Assembly: GCA_043228905.1 (NCBI GenBank)
Contig: JBHGNT010000001.1
Coordinates: 31,000,001 to 31,064,000, forward strand
DNA: 64,000 nucleotides
Source: Azolla caroliniana
Taxonomy: Eukaryota > Plantae > Polypodiophyta
Direction of reading: 5' to 3'
Shown here: in pieces, positions 24,897-38,166 of the stretch
Layout of the letters: the number at the start of each line of letters is the position of its first letter
Position numbering within the stretch: the first letter of the stretch is position 1
The notes under the pieces: generated by a model
What the model was told of the DNA's origin: nothing
The model's input: the letters and a program-made list of their open reading frames with translations, nothing else
Database searches by the model: none
Program-made: the position numbers and the translations under genes

Positions 24897-25600
24897 CTAC
24901 GGAGGATCCTTCACACCGGTTCTAGAGACTTCGGCAGTCGGCAACGCGGTCGACGTAAGACCAAGATACTGACGGTGGCGGTGAGGTGACGAAGGCAAGG
25001 GCTACAAATCGGGCGGTCTACGAAGGATCCTTCACACCGGTTCTAGAGACTTCGGCAATCGACAACGCGGTCGACGTAAGACCAAGATACTGACGGTGGC
25101 GGCAAGGTGACGAAGACAATGGGCGTAAGGAAGTCCGGTCCTACGGAGGATCCTTCACACCGGTTCTAGAGACTTCGGCAGTCAGCAACGCGGTCGACGT
25201 AAGACCAAGATACTGACGGTGGCGGCGAGGTGACGAAGGCAAGGGCTACAAATCGGAGGCCTACGGAGGATCCTTCACACCGGTTCTAGAGACTTTGGCA
25301 GTCGGCAACGCGGTCGACGTAAGACCAAGATACTGACGGTGGCGGCGAGGTGACGAAGGCAAGGGCTACAAATCGGGCGGTCTACGGAGGATCCTTCACA
25401 CCGTTCCGGAGACCATGGCGGTTCGAGCCGACGCGGCGACGTAAGACCATGGAGAAGGAAGGTGGCGGCAAGGTGACGAAGACAATGGGCGTAAGGAAGT
25501 CCGGTCCTACGGGATCCCCACACCGGTTCCGGAGACTCCGGCTGTGCTGCCATCGTGGCAACGTGAGACCGAGGGAGAAGGAAGGTGGCGGCGGGAAACG
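24897..25600 (+). repeat. About 122-bp minisatellite, 5-6 units
   Basis: CTACGGAGGATCCTTCACACCGGTTCTAGAGACTTCGGCAGTC at 24897, 25018, 25141, 25261, 25382; diverged unit at 25507. Confidence 0.9.
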
Positions 25601-28600
25601 GGACCTGGCTACGCGGAAGACACGAGGAGAGTCCGAGAGGGACTCAAACAAAAGTCACCCGAGTTTCGGCAAGCATGGAAACGGAGTCCGGTCCAATAGG
25701 ACCCTCACACTGGTCCGGAGACTCCGGCAGTTCGGCCAACGTGGCAACGTGAGACCAAGGGAGAAGGACGGTTGTGGCAGGGAACGGGACCCGACGACAC
25801 GAAGTTCGGAAGAAGCCGGTAAGGGCAAACACGGAGAGGTGTGTCAGGCCGGAAAAGTACACCTTGGGCAGAACAAGAGACTCGCAAGTGGCCATCGCGG
25901 GCCGGATCGAAGCGTGACTACGCGGACGGTGTTCGGCGCGGGCGGGGCCGAACGAAGGAAGCGGAAGACGGCACAAGGGAGGTGCCGGGAACGAGGTGAC
26001 AAGTGCCTAGTGGACTGCACAGGGTCAGAGTCAGGGGATGGCAAGAGAGGCCGGAGTAGGACCCTCCACACTCGCTTCGTAGATCTCGGTAGCTTCGTCG
26101 AAGTAGCGAAGACTGACACGGCAAGCCGGGATGACAAGCTGGTGGGGGCGAGGGGACGATGACAAACGAAAGACTCAGGACCTGTTGCAGCAGCACAAAG
26201 ACGGGAAGGGCCAAGCGGGCTACTACGGGGTGTTCCTCGGATGCAAAGGACACCGGTATGCGGGAGAACAACGATGCACGATCAGGCCGGAAAGGGGCCG
26301 ACGAGGCGTGCGACACGGGCAGTGCCAAACAACAGACGAGGGTAGGTGGCACACGGAGGTGCTGGAGCGGAAAGGCGAGCGCGGAGAAGGCCGGAAAGGG
26401 ATCTTCCACACCGTTCTGGAGACCATGGCGGTTCGAGCCGACACGGCGATGTAAGACCATGGAGAAGGAAGGTGGCGGCGGAAGGACGAAGGTGACGCGA
26501 AACACCATCGGGACATCACGATTCGACAACGGAGGCCAAGCGGGCTGCCACAGGCATTCCTGTAGCGGAGGACATCGGGCATACGGCGGGAAACGGGGCG
26601 TTCATACGGCTTAGGGTTTTCTTCAACTCATCTCCTGCGCAAGACCCCGCTCGGCGCGACGAGCCCGTGAGCTCCTCGACGGCGGCTTGGCAGCAGACGA
26701 CTACTGTAACCTACCTCAATCCGGCTCGAAGCCGGGAGTGTATTCTTCTTATACATATATATACATATACGTTTGCGTCTGTCTATGTATATTGGTGTCT
26801 TGTTGGTGTCGGGTGCTCCCCTCCTTCCCTGCGTTTCCTGTACATAAGGGCTTGAGTCGGGTCGAGCGTGTGTGTGCGTGTGTGTGCGTGGGTGTGCGTG
26901 AGTCGGTGTTAAGCACTCTCTCTCTCACTCTCTCTCCCTTCGGTTGCTTCCGGTGTGCTTCTGAGATGCCCCAGAAGCAGTGAAGCACGACTTCCTACGC
27001 TTCGTCGCTCCTTAGTCCAAGACCCGCATGGCCCCGCCTTTCTCCACGCACGCGCATAACAACGCGACAACGCTTCGATCCGGCCCGCGATGGCCACTTG
27101 CGAGAATCTTGTTCCGTCCCAGGTGTGCCTTTCCGGCCCGACACACCTCCCCGTGTATGCCCCTACCGATTCCTTCCGTAACCGGCACGTAGGGTTTTGC
27201 ACTTCGTCCGCCCCCGTCTTACCGACTCCTGATCCGCTATCTCGTGTTGCCGGGTCTTGTACCCTGCCGCCACCGTCCTTCTCCCTAGGTCTCACGTTGC
27301 CACGTTGGCCGAACTGCCGGGGTCTCCGGATCGGTGTGAGGGTCCCCATAGGACCGGTCTTCGTTTCGTTGCTTGCCGAAATTCGGGTGTCTTTTGTTTG
27401 AGTCCCTCCCGGACTCTCCTCGTGTCTTCTGCATAGTCGGGTCCCGTTTCCCGCCGCCACTAGCCTTCTCCCTAGGTCTCACGTTGCCACGCTGGCCGAA
27501 CTGCCGAGGTCTCCGGTTTGGTGTGGGGATCCCGTAGGACCGGACTTATGCTCGTGACCTTGCCGGTAGGTCTTTCGGTTCGTAGCCGCTTCGCCGGCAT
27601 GATACCTTCCTTCTCTGCTTTTTGTTGTCCGATCACGTTCACCTGCCGCCACCGATCTCTCCTATAGGACTCACGCCGGCTCTCGGGCCGACCGCTGAAT
27701 CGGTGTGAGGATCTTCGTGGGACCTCGGTTTGCTCGCCTTGCCGCCGCCACCGTTCTTCACTCTAGGTCTCACGTCGGCTCTCGGGCCAACCGTCGGAGT
27801 CTCTAGAACCAGTGTGTGTAAGGTCGCTGCAGCACCGCTCACCGCTTGGTCACGTTCACCTGCCGCCACCGATCTCTCCTATAGGACTCACGTCGGCACT
27901 CGGGCCGACCGCCGAATCGGTGTGAGGATCTTCGTGGGACCGCCCATCCACAGTTCTTTGCCTTCGTCACCTCGCCGCCACCGTCAGTATCTTGGTCTTA
28001 CGTCGACCGCGTCGCTGACTGCCGAAGTCTCTAGATCCGGTGTGAAGGACCCTCCTTGGGCCTCCGATTTGCTTTCCTGACCCTGTCCCGGGCCGTCCTT
28101 TTCCGCATGCCGAGAGGGCAGTTGCTCCGCACCCTCTCCCGTGGTACCGACGTACCGTGTTCTCGGCCTCTTCGTAGGCGCTCTCTTCCTCCCTCCTGGA
28201 ATGGTTATCCGGGAGTCCGCTCCGCCCGGTTCTCGTCCGGGTCCGTTCGTCATTCTCGGGGTTGCCGGGTCCCGTTCTCCTATCGGCACCGACCTCTCCT
28301 ATAGGACTCACGCCGGCACTCGGGCCGACAGCCGGATGGGACTTTGTGGATCTCCGTAGGACCGGTCTTCGTTCTCCTTTTCATCCTTTGTACATCTCCC
28401 GAACTCGTCGTTGCTCTCCTTCTCGCGTACCCGCCTCCATCTCCCATCTCTCTAGGTCTCACGTCGGCGCTCGTTGCTGGCTGCCTGAGTCTCTGGATAG
28501 GATGTGGGGTAACCGATTTCACAACGTCTTTCGGCGACTCGTCGGGGCCACCGCACCTTTTAGTGGTGTCGGTGGATAGCATCCGCTCTGTGATCAACCA

Positions 28601-28798
28601 AGCTCCGCCTAAGCTTGATTCTCCAATGTCCAAAGTTTTGGCTCTGATGCCGACCTCGCCGGACTCGTTCCGAACCTTTGATCACTTCCCTTCCAATTCT
28701 CGACCTTCGCTCGGTCGGTCTTTCTCCCCATGTAAAAGAGGGTGGCTTGTTCCGCACCCTCTCTCGTATCGGCACCTTCATGCTGATTCTGGCCCCGA

Positions 28799-30234
28799 TC
28801 AAACAATCCACGACCGGATTACGCTCCACCCGTATCGAAGCGTCGCGCGGTTCGGTCCCCGGTCGGGTCGTTCCTTGGTCTCTTCATCGACCTTTTCGCG
28901 GGTCATCTCCCATCCATCTTCACTGGCATCGTGCCAGGACTCCTCGATACCGTCATCCATCGCCTTGGTCTCACATAGGCATAAGGGCCCAAATGCCGAG
29001 TTCTCCGGAATCGGGTTCGAGGGCTTTCGTCCACTCCTTCCCCGTATCGTCTCGTCGGTGATTCTCGGTCTCTCGCCGCCGCCTTCTTCCTCTTGGGACT
29101 CACGTGGGCACTCGGGCCCAACTGCCATCGTCTCAGGAGCAACTGTGGGAAGACACGAGGAATCGCCCGTCCGTTTTACGCCCTTGTCCGTAGCCACCGG
29201 CTCTTCGTGGTCGGTGGTCGTCTCCTTACCGATCGCGCAAGCCCTGCCTGGGCTTGCTTCTCCAATGTCCGGGGGTTCGGGCTGACACGCTCGAAACCGT
29301 TGGTCCCAACGTTCCGATTCCGCGATCGGTATCTCGGCCTCGTCCTTGGCCGTTCTATCTCCGCAAGTCGAGAGGGCGTTTTGTTCCGCACCCCCTCCCG
29401 TGGTACCGTGGTACCGATCTTCCGCCATCACGTGGGGCAAGTCCGTCTCCTCAGTCTCGGCTTGCGCCCTCGATCTTTCCTCTTCCTCGAGCATCGCCTT
29501 GAGAGCTGCGTACGCCTCCGCAATCCTGGCCCCAACGCCGACCCTTGCCGACTCTCTTTTCCGTTCGGCCTCTTCCCGCTGTGATGGCACGCCGTTGCGC
29601 ACCTTCCTCTTAGCCTTCTCGGCTCACTCGTTGTCTAGCCATTAGCACACCCTTCCGAACTTCGACTAGTCCTCCGTAAGCCCATTCGCTTCGTCATCGT
29701 CTTCGAGCTCAATCCCGATGGCCTCCCGTTCCGCTCGGTCGATCGACCTGACGAACAATAGGACTTTGTCTGCCCCCACCAAACTTTGTTCCCGCTCCGG
29801 GAGCCGAGCAAGCCATCGCTCGAACTCTCGGAACGCCTTCGTTGCGCCCCGGTGGGTCTTTGCCGATGCTACCCACTGGTCGAAGGCGTGTCGTCCCCGG
29901 CTCTTCCGCCGTCTCCATATACCTGCAGGAGCGCCTCTTCAAAGGCTTCCCAGGAACAATGAGCTTCTCGGAGCTCCTTCACTTCCGCATGCATACGGAC
30001 GGTGACAACCCGACAGAAGAACTCCAGCCTCAACGCGTCGTCCATGTCTCGCTCCTCCATTTCCATGTTGTAGGCTTCCAAGTAAGATGGGACTTTGTCC
30101 CCGTTGAAACGGCCGACTCGTTCGACCACTCGCTCAACCGCTTGCTGCGCCGACTCTCGCCTTGCTGTTGCTCAACCAAACTCCCTCACCGCTTCGACGA
30201 AAAGTTGTGTGAAGTTGTCTTCTTCAAAGTCCAT
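28799..30234 (-). pseudogene. gag: Gag-fusion ORF of element I (paralogue of 22783-24480)
   Basis: VERVGRFNGDKVPSYLEAY through YGWSVIRSWIV; frameshift and stops. Confidence 0.85.
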
Positions 30235-30415
30235 TCTCCCTTGCCACCCTTCACGTCGGGTTCACCAAATATGTCGCGTTGTTACGCGCGTGCGTGTAGA
30301 AGGGTGGGACCACGGGGGTCTCGGACTAGGGAAGAAGGGAAGCCGAGAAGAAGATTCCGGGCGCGTTCCGGAAGAAACCGAACGGGAGAGAGAAAGAGAG
30401 AGAGAGCGCGCGCGC

Positions 30416-33400
30416 TGTCGCGTTGTTACGCGCGTGCGTGTGGAAGGGGCGGGACCACGGGGATCTTGGACTAGGGAGAAGAGGAGAAAGGTTAAGACAA
30501 CGAATGGAAGATTAGCTCATAGCTCAAGAGGAGAAGAGAACGAATATGACATTATGATAGAAGAAGATGAAGAAGATGGAGTCAAGATACTCAACAAGAA
30601 GTTCAATTAAGAAAACATAAACGCTTTACAATGGTGGCCGCCATGGCCGCACCAAACGACTATATGAAAAACCCTAAAGGAAACCCAAGAAGAAAACCCT
30701 AACCGAAACCCTAACCCTAAAACGAAATGGGAAGAAGTAGAACCCTCGACTAAGTGTTATACCTTACTCACACAAAATAGGCAACTCTTTCACAAAGGGC
30801 GTTCCCTTCCTTTTATAGAACAAGGAAAGGGATGCGTTACAATGTGGGACAAATCCCGACTTACATGGGATCGTCTGTCCCGACTTGACTACTCTTCGGC
30901 GCCATAAAGGCACCCTCGATATTCACACTAAATGTACACGGGTGCGTACACACGTTGCACCCCGCCGATGTAGCCAATGTTTCCCGGTTTCCGCCTGTGG
31001 ACAAAAATCTTCACGACATCCGCCCCCACCTAACCGCACATCCTCCGGTATGTGCCAAAACATAGGGGAGAGAACACGAGATTTTCGGCCACGATGACTG
31101 ACCGAGTCCTTAGCGTCCTCGTGGGCCCGCCCGGCTTTGTCTTCCACTTCAAGCAAGACCACCCCGTCCACACGAACCACCGCCGCCTTCCGGCCCACCA
31201 TCCTCGCCGAATGGTCTCGAACCGTCGGCGCCATCCGATCTGCCACACTCGACGATGTTCGCCGAGTCGTTGCCTCCACCCAATCCGCCACGTCCACCGT
31301 GGGTCCTTGAACCACCGACTACATCCGACCCGCCGTATCTGATGCCCGTGCTTTCCTCCCCGTTCGGTCCTCCCGAACGCCGTCGCCGACCTGGTTGCTC
31401 TTCCTTTGTCTGCCTCGTATATCCTCCGGATGCGCTCCCGGTCGCATGCCGGATTCCGCCCTTTGCGTGCCGCACACCTCGGCGTGCCGACTCTCTCCGC
31501 TCCGCACTTGCCTTCCGTAGGCTTTCCCCGTATGTCAATGTTGCCCTCCGAATGCGTGCTCGTGCTTCGGTCCTTCGATGACCCCATCACGCATTTTTCG
31601 CTTTCCCCTTTTTCGCCGTGCTCTCTCGTAGTAGAGCGTATCGTCATCCTAACCTCCGTGTCGGCGTCCCTCGAGGCTCTCGTTATCGCCTCGCCTCGAC
31701 TTGCGCCCTCTTGGCCCGCTTGGCCTTGTATGCCCTCCGGGAAGCCGCCGCGCTTTCTCTTCCCGGTGTGTACCCCGTTGTTCTCCGCGCATCTCCTCCG
31801 TTTTCCTAGATACGACTCTTCGTTCATGCCGATCGCGCTCGGCCCATGTCGTCGATCTTGGTGTTTCGCCGCGCCGTCCTTCGTCCTGCGCTTGCCTCTT
31901 GAAGGCTTGACCCGACCGTCATCGTCGGTCAATCGTTGTCGCCCATCCGGCGTATGCATGCTTGTGTCTTGGCCCTCCACCGGCCGTATTGCACGGGTCT
32001 CGTGTCGTGCTTCCGCCGTAGAGCCGACCTCCGCGTCGGTCTCCAACTCCTCGCCGCCACCCACCGCTTCTTCGTTCTCCTTTCGATCCGCGACCGCCGA
32101 TGCCTCACGGGTAGATGTGGAGGGTTCCTCCCACTCTCGGTTCACCACCGAGTCCTCGCCTCTCAAAGGCTCAATCGGTCCACCGTTTCGGGTCACTCGT
32201 TGACGCTCTCTCGAATGCATGCTCGTTCTTGGGCCCTTCACCGATCGTAGTGCATGCTTCATGTTACGCCCTTCATCCGCCGTAGACCCGACCTCCGCGT
32301 CGGCCACTTCTTCCTTTGTCACCGTAGCCCGTTCCGACCCGAGCTCGCCATCTTGGACCCGCTTGTCCATCATCTCATACCGGATACCCGCTCCAATAAC
32401 TTTGTCCGCTTCGGCCTCCGACTCCTCGCCGCCACCCGCTGTCTCTCCGGTCTCACGTTGATCCGCAACCGCCGAAGTCTCTAGAATGGGTGTGGAAGGT
32501 CCCTCTCGCTCTCGGTCTTCTAGCAAGCCGTGATCACCGTGCCCACTAGGCCTCCTTCTCGCTCTCACCGGCTCCCACTGTAACCGTACCCGGCTGGCTA
32601 CGAATCGATCAAACATTCCCGGTCTTGCCGGCTTCCTTCGATTCGTGCCCGGTTGACCGGCCCCCGCTTCACTCTTCTTCCGCTCCGCCTCCCGGTCGGG
32701 TCGGATTACCGACGGGCTCATCTTTCGGTCGGGTCGGTTCCCGACTCGCTCCTCGATGCCGCTCCGGACCTCTCCTTCGGTCTTTTCGCACGTGCCCACT
32801 CCGGGCCTCTCATCCTCACGGCCACCGCCCATCTCCCCGATCTTATGTCCGCGCTCGGGCGCAACCGCCGAAGTCTCCGGCCCCGGTGTCGAGGGATCTC
32901 GCCTCCGTCCGCTACAAACCTCCTCTTCGTCATTTCGGTTTCCCGCCTTGCCGCCGCCACGGTCCGTCTCTCTAGGTCTCACACCGGCTCTCGGGCCGGT
33001 TGCCGGAGTCTCTAGGACCGGTGTGTGGAAGGTCGCGGCACCGCCGCTCGTCTCCTCTTCTTCCTCGATTTCGCAAGCCTCGAGTATGCTCGCGAAATCC
33101 TCGTAGAACGTTTCGGGCAACCGCGTCCCGAAACTTTCGCCCACTCTCGAAGTGGCGTCCATTGCTCCGTAGATATCGGCCTCATCCATGGCCGTCCTCT
33201 TTCCACAAGTCGAGAGGGTCGCTCGCTCCGCACCCTCTCCCACATCGTCGTCGTGGTCGTCCGCCTTGCCGCCACCACCGTTCATTACCCTAGGTCTCAC
33301 GCGGGCGCTCGGGCCGGCCGTCGGGGTCTCTTGAACCGGTGCGTGTAAGGTAGCAACGCCGCCGCTCGTCGATGCTATGCCCGTAGCCACCTCCATTCGG

Positions 33401-33655
33401 ACATCGTCGTTCGTGGCTACCCCGCCTCCGTATATGCAAGCATCAATTATTCTTGCCGCCTCCTCTTCCACGATCTCCTTACCGTTGTCTCGGTTGCCCG
33501 CCTTGCCGCCGCCACCATCCGTCACTCTATGTCTCACACCGGCTCTCGGGCCGGTTACTGGAGTCTCTAGGCCCGGTGCATGTAAGGTAGCGGCACCGCC
33601 GCTTGTCTCCTCCTCCCTCGATGTTTCGGGCCGCCATGTCCCGAATCCGTAGTTA
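30416..33655 (-). mobile_element. Non-autonomous element K, 3' part, inserted in the 5' LTR of I; 5' part deleted
   Basis: 3' LTR 30416-31018, PPT at 31019; outer flank GCGC; fuses to I-type LTR sequence at about 33655. Confidence 0.85.
31030..33655 (-). CDS. Repeat-built acidic/basic ORF (about 875 codons), probably the tail of a Gag fusion
   Basis: Open frame with repeats such as ETPATGPRAGVRPRVTDGGGGKA shared with the J ORF; the called start (33747) lies in fused LTR sequence. Confidence 0.55.
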
Positions 33656-35936
33656 CCGGCCTCCAACACAGACATGAATATGCACAAACAGACGCAAATG
33701 TATATATATAAATGGAAGAATACATTCCCGACTTCAAGCCGGACCAAGGTAGGTTATAAAAGTCGTCGAGTGCCAAGCTGCCGGTCGGGGAGCTCACGGG
33801 CTTGTCGCGCCGAGTGGGGTCTTGCGCAGGAGACGAGCTAAAGCAAACCCTAAGCGAACACGAAGGGGGGGGAGAAGAAGAAGACGAAGAAGGAGGAGGA
33901 GGAGGAGGAATGTAACTAACCCTAAATCTAACGGTATACCCTCTAACGCAAAATGGGCAACCCCTTCACAAAGGGCGCTCCCTCCCTTTTATAGAACAAG
34001 GAGAGGGATGCGTTACAATGTGGGATAAATCCCGACTTACATGGGATTCTCTATCCTGACTTGAGTCCTACTTTTGCCGGAAAGGTCAATGCAGCCTCCC
34101 TCGGCCAGCCAAGAAGAAGCGCAAGGGGAACCAGAACAACAGGGTGGTCCACGGGCAGAAACGGAACTGCAACTCGGCGCAACCAGGCGGGACCACGCAT
34201 CTACAAGTGAGCCCATCTGTCAAACCTCCGTGCAAGCACAACAAGGCACCGGTAGCTTGTGGCTCCGGTGGATAGGCGAATAGATAGCTGGAGCAGTGGG
34301 GTATATTGAGGCGGAAGAAAGAGCGCAAAGCGAACGGTTGCTCGTCACAACCGAACAACTAGAGACGGCTCGGTCCAGAATCCGGTGCCTTGAAAAAGAC
34401 TTGGATCAGGTCACGACAGAGATGGCCGAAATGGCCTTAACGGCAACCCAGATCCAATCACTGGTGATTCCGGTAAGTGTACAGAATAAAGAAACGGATC
34501 GACCTGTACATACCAATAAGACCCCGACAACGGAAACTGTTCCGGCGAGAGATGCGGCGCAAGCCCAGGAGCTTGCGGAATTGAGAGATGAACTTGCCGC
34601 ACAGGAAGCGCTGAGGAGCCGTGAACGGGAATTGAAGACAACGGCCGAAGCCGAATTAAAGAAGACTTCTGAGAACCTCCGCCGGGCAGAGGAGAGCCTC
34701 CGGAAAGGCCATCAAGCGTACGACCGGCTAAGGGAGGAAAAAGACAAAGTGCTGCAGGAAAAGGACAAGCTGCGGAAGACGGCGGAAACGGAAATTGAAC
34801 GGTTAAAGGAAGAGCTCTGCCAGCAGAAGGACCGCGAGGACAGATCAACGCACGGTTAAAGCAAAAGACAGATGATTTTGAGCACCTGCACCGGGACTAC
34901 AAATGGCTGGAAATGGATCATAAGGAACGGATGGCCGAGCTCCAGTAGGAAGTTGATCGGGCCGCGACGGCGATCGCCGACGAACGTGCGGAAAATACAA
35001 GACGCTTGGACGAGGCGGAGAAGGTCCGGATGGAGCTCCAGAGGCAGCAGCAGGAAGACAAAGAGAGAGCGTCAACAGTATTGCAGAAATTACAAAGCAC
35101 ATATCAAAGGCAATTGACGCATTACAAGGCGCAGGCGGAAGACAACGTCAAAATCATCAAGCAACTGAAGGAGGAACGGCAAGCAGCGGAAACCAAATCG
35201 CAATTGGGAACGGGCCGGATTCAGTCCATCCTCCGGGCATGGCTGAATCAGACAAAACACTTGATTGATGAAAGCTCCGTTGTCGTGAAGAAAACCGTCC
35301 ACAAGCGGAATCGGTGCACCGGAACGTAGGAACCGGCTCTTCATACACGTGCGCCTTATGTTGTACATAGAAGATCCTCGGTAGGTAGGAAGTTAATAGG
35401 AAACGGCTCCTTCCTTGCCTATAAAAGGAGGGAGACAAGGAGGGGAGAGGGGATCGCGAAATAAGAGAGGACGAAGTGTTGTCGGATTGTGGGCCGAAGG
35501 CTTCTCTCTCTTCCAAACTCCATAGCTTCTTTCTGTGCAGGTTTCGGGAGGCTCGCGCTGCTCTGAGGAATGCCCGAGTGCTTCCGGCAGCACCTCCAAC
35601 CTACTTCTTTCTTTCTGTGCGTTTACGAACAGGCATCGGCATCTGTTCGCCGGCCTGTTCGGTTGTAACAGACTTCGTGTTTTTGTTGTTTGTCTCTGTT
35701 AATATTCACATACATTCCTTCGTGTCTCTCTGTGTTGGTTTCCCGCTCGTGTCTTCGTGTCGAAGGGCCGTGTCCCTGTGGATCTACACTCGCACCTAGT
35801 GGACCTCTTTCCTTCTCCTTTCTCTCTTGCTCTTCGGTGCAAGACCCCCGAGGTCCCGCCTCATTCCACGCATCCGCGAGGAATACCTCGACATCTTGGT
35901 GAACCCGACGTGAAGGAGGCGGCAGAAGAGCAGAAG

Positions 35937-38062
35937 ATGAAGGGGTCGGATCTTGCAGAGGCCATGGCTTCGGCCGTGGATCGGATATTGAGTGCACGCG
36001 AGGGCACCGGCGCCCTCGACAGAGCCATTGAGGCGGTCGTCGGTACGATTGGCCGGTTCAGCGGAAAGAATGCAACGAAGTATTTGGCATCCTACGGGGC
36101 AGAAATGCTGATGCGGGACATTCCGGAAGAGAGGCGTCTTGCCAGGTTTCCTCGAGTGGCGATGCCGAGCATCCATGCGGAGGTGCTCGAGGTGCGGGCA
36201 GAGAGCCGTACCTGGGAGGAGTTCGAAGGCCGACTCCTAGAAAAATACGGGCTGGACGACGCGCTCCGGCTTTCGAAATGAGACTTCATGGAATGGGTGG
36301 AGTCCCCCGGCAAGGGAAGAAACGCATCGGCACTCCTCCGGGAGTTCGAAGAATGCTTTGCGCGCCTTTCGGCGCTTGACCGAACCGTTCTGGATACGAG
36401 CCGGGTCCTACTGTTCGTCAAGTCGGTGGACGAGCGGAACCGGGATCAAGTCGGCTCCTTGCTGGAAACCGAAGACGGGCTGACGACCGACTGGGCTGCA
36501 GTTAAGAGAGTCTGTGGCCGTTTTGACAAACGGCGGGAATGGGCTGACAACGGGGCGGCCGGTGCGGGCTCTATCACAGCAAGGAGGCTTGAACCGGCAC
36601 TGCAAGGGCGAAGGGAAGAAACCCGGGAAAGGCTCGAAACCGGTCCGGCTTCGACCGGCATGGTCAATGGCTCGTCCGGAGGAGCAGCGCTGGAGGAGTT
36701 GACGCGGGCGATAAAGGATCTCCAGATCGCCCAGACTCAAAGGGAAGGCGGCGAACCGTCTCGTGACCGACGGCCGGCAGCAGGGAACAGGTGCATGTGG
36801 TGCGACGAGGTCGGCCACATTCGGAAGGACTGCGGCGATTTCGCAGAGGCGTTGAGGAATCGGGTGGTGTACCTGTGGGAAGGCCGGGTGCACGCCGGCG
36901 ACACCAGAAGGGCCCTAAACCGAAACGAAGGGCGAGGAGGTATGAAGAGACTGATGGAAGAGACAGCGGCCCGACACGTGGAGGCCATCCACTACTCGGC
37001 GTCGGCCGGCATTCGGGTCGGGGGCAGCGAGCCCGAAAGGAGAGCAAAGACGGATTCTGGTCGGCAATGCTGGAAGGCCTGGCCGGCGCACGGTTGAGGA
37101 AAGACGAAGCGGACCGCGCCGAGAGACGGGTCCGGGAAGTAACCGGGTGGAGCGATCCGGTCGAGGAGAAGACGGGCTTCGTAGAAGCCGCCTGCCGGAA
37201 CTACGAGGCTCTGGTAGAAGACAAACGAGTGGGGAAAGCCGGAGTGGCCGGGCCCTCACAACGGTACGAGACCCGGTTCGGGCAGCGACGGAACGATGCC
37301 GGTGGGCCCAGCTCGCAAGATAACCCCAGGAAGGGCGGATACCGACTGGGGACGGAAATAGAAAGGACTACGGACCTACGAAAGGTCCTAGAAGAACGGA
37401 TCCTCGATAGCAAAGTGGAGCTGTCATTGCGGGAGGTGCTGGGGATCACCAAGAAGGAGTTCCACGACTCCATTGTGGACTTGGTGAAACGAAAGAGGCT
37501 GTCGACGGAGACGGAACCGGAAAGACCGGTGGAGGTGCGAACGACGCGCATCGACGACATGGCGCTGGAAGATGAGTGGGCGGAGAGCCACTATTCAAGG
37601 CCGCACTGGGCCCGAGCGACCACGGAGACCCCGGTAAAGATCGGAGATGTTCAGGAACCGGTGGTGGCACTGGTGGACCACGGTTCGGAAATAAACCTGA
37701 TGTCCATGGACTTCTATAAGAAGGCAAAATGGCCGATCAACACCAAGCACAGGTGGAAGATACGGGCGGCGACGCGCGCCACCGAGGAACTGCATGGGGC
37801 CTGCCCGAACGTGCGAGTCAAGATCGGCGACGTCCAGATTGACCAGCACTTCTTCGTACAGGAGACGTCCTCGCACCCGGTAATATTAGGTGAACCATAC
37901 ATCATGGTGGCGCAGATGGAGACCAAGGTGCTAGACAACGGTTCGGCCTACGCGAGGGTCAAAAGCCAGGACGGGCGCCATTCGGTCCAATTTCTGACGG
38001 TGCGGCCGAACCACGAGAGAAACCGCGAATCCCTCGATGGCGAGAACCGGGAGGATTTTTAG
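35937..38062 (+). pseudogene. gag: Gag-protease ORF1 of element F
   Basis: Stop at 36279 and frameshift near 37030; CCHC knuckle; ALVDHGSE. Confidence 0.92.
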
Positions 38063-38166
38063 AGAGGGCTGCCGAGGCGTGGGGCCGAGACAGTCCGGAC
38101 ACTCGGGAAAGACCCCACGACTGTACGATAGGTAGGAAATTTTGCTTCTCCAACAACGGAGGGTGT

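Larger units (their letters stand above)
21971..27069 (+). mobile_element. Non-autonomous gag-only element J
   Basis: 5' LTR 21971-22745, PBS 22750-22767, 3' LTR truncated on its 5' side (about 26611-27069), TSD ACGC on both sides. Confidence 0.92.
20634..34073 (-). mobile_element. Non-autonomous gag-only element I; hosts J and K; 5' LTR split (30272-30415 and about 33655-34073)
   Basis: 3' LTR 20634-21391, PPT at 21392, PBS 30250-30267; interior rejoins across J (GTAGTCACGC|TTCGATCC); no pol motifs. Confidence 0.85.

Noticed and set aside
24897-25600. CRISPR-like array from the 122-bp repeats
   Set aside because: The intervening parts are also repeated; no cas genes; eukaryotic TE interior
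31030-33747. env gene or host gene
   Set aside because: No signal peptide or transmembrane segment; the start codon lies in fused LTR sequence; repeats match the Gag tail of J
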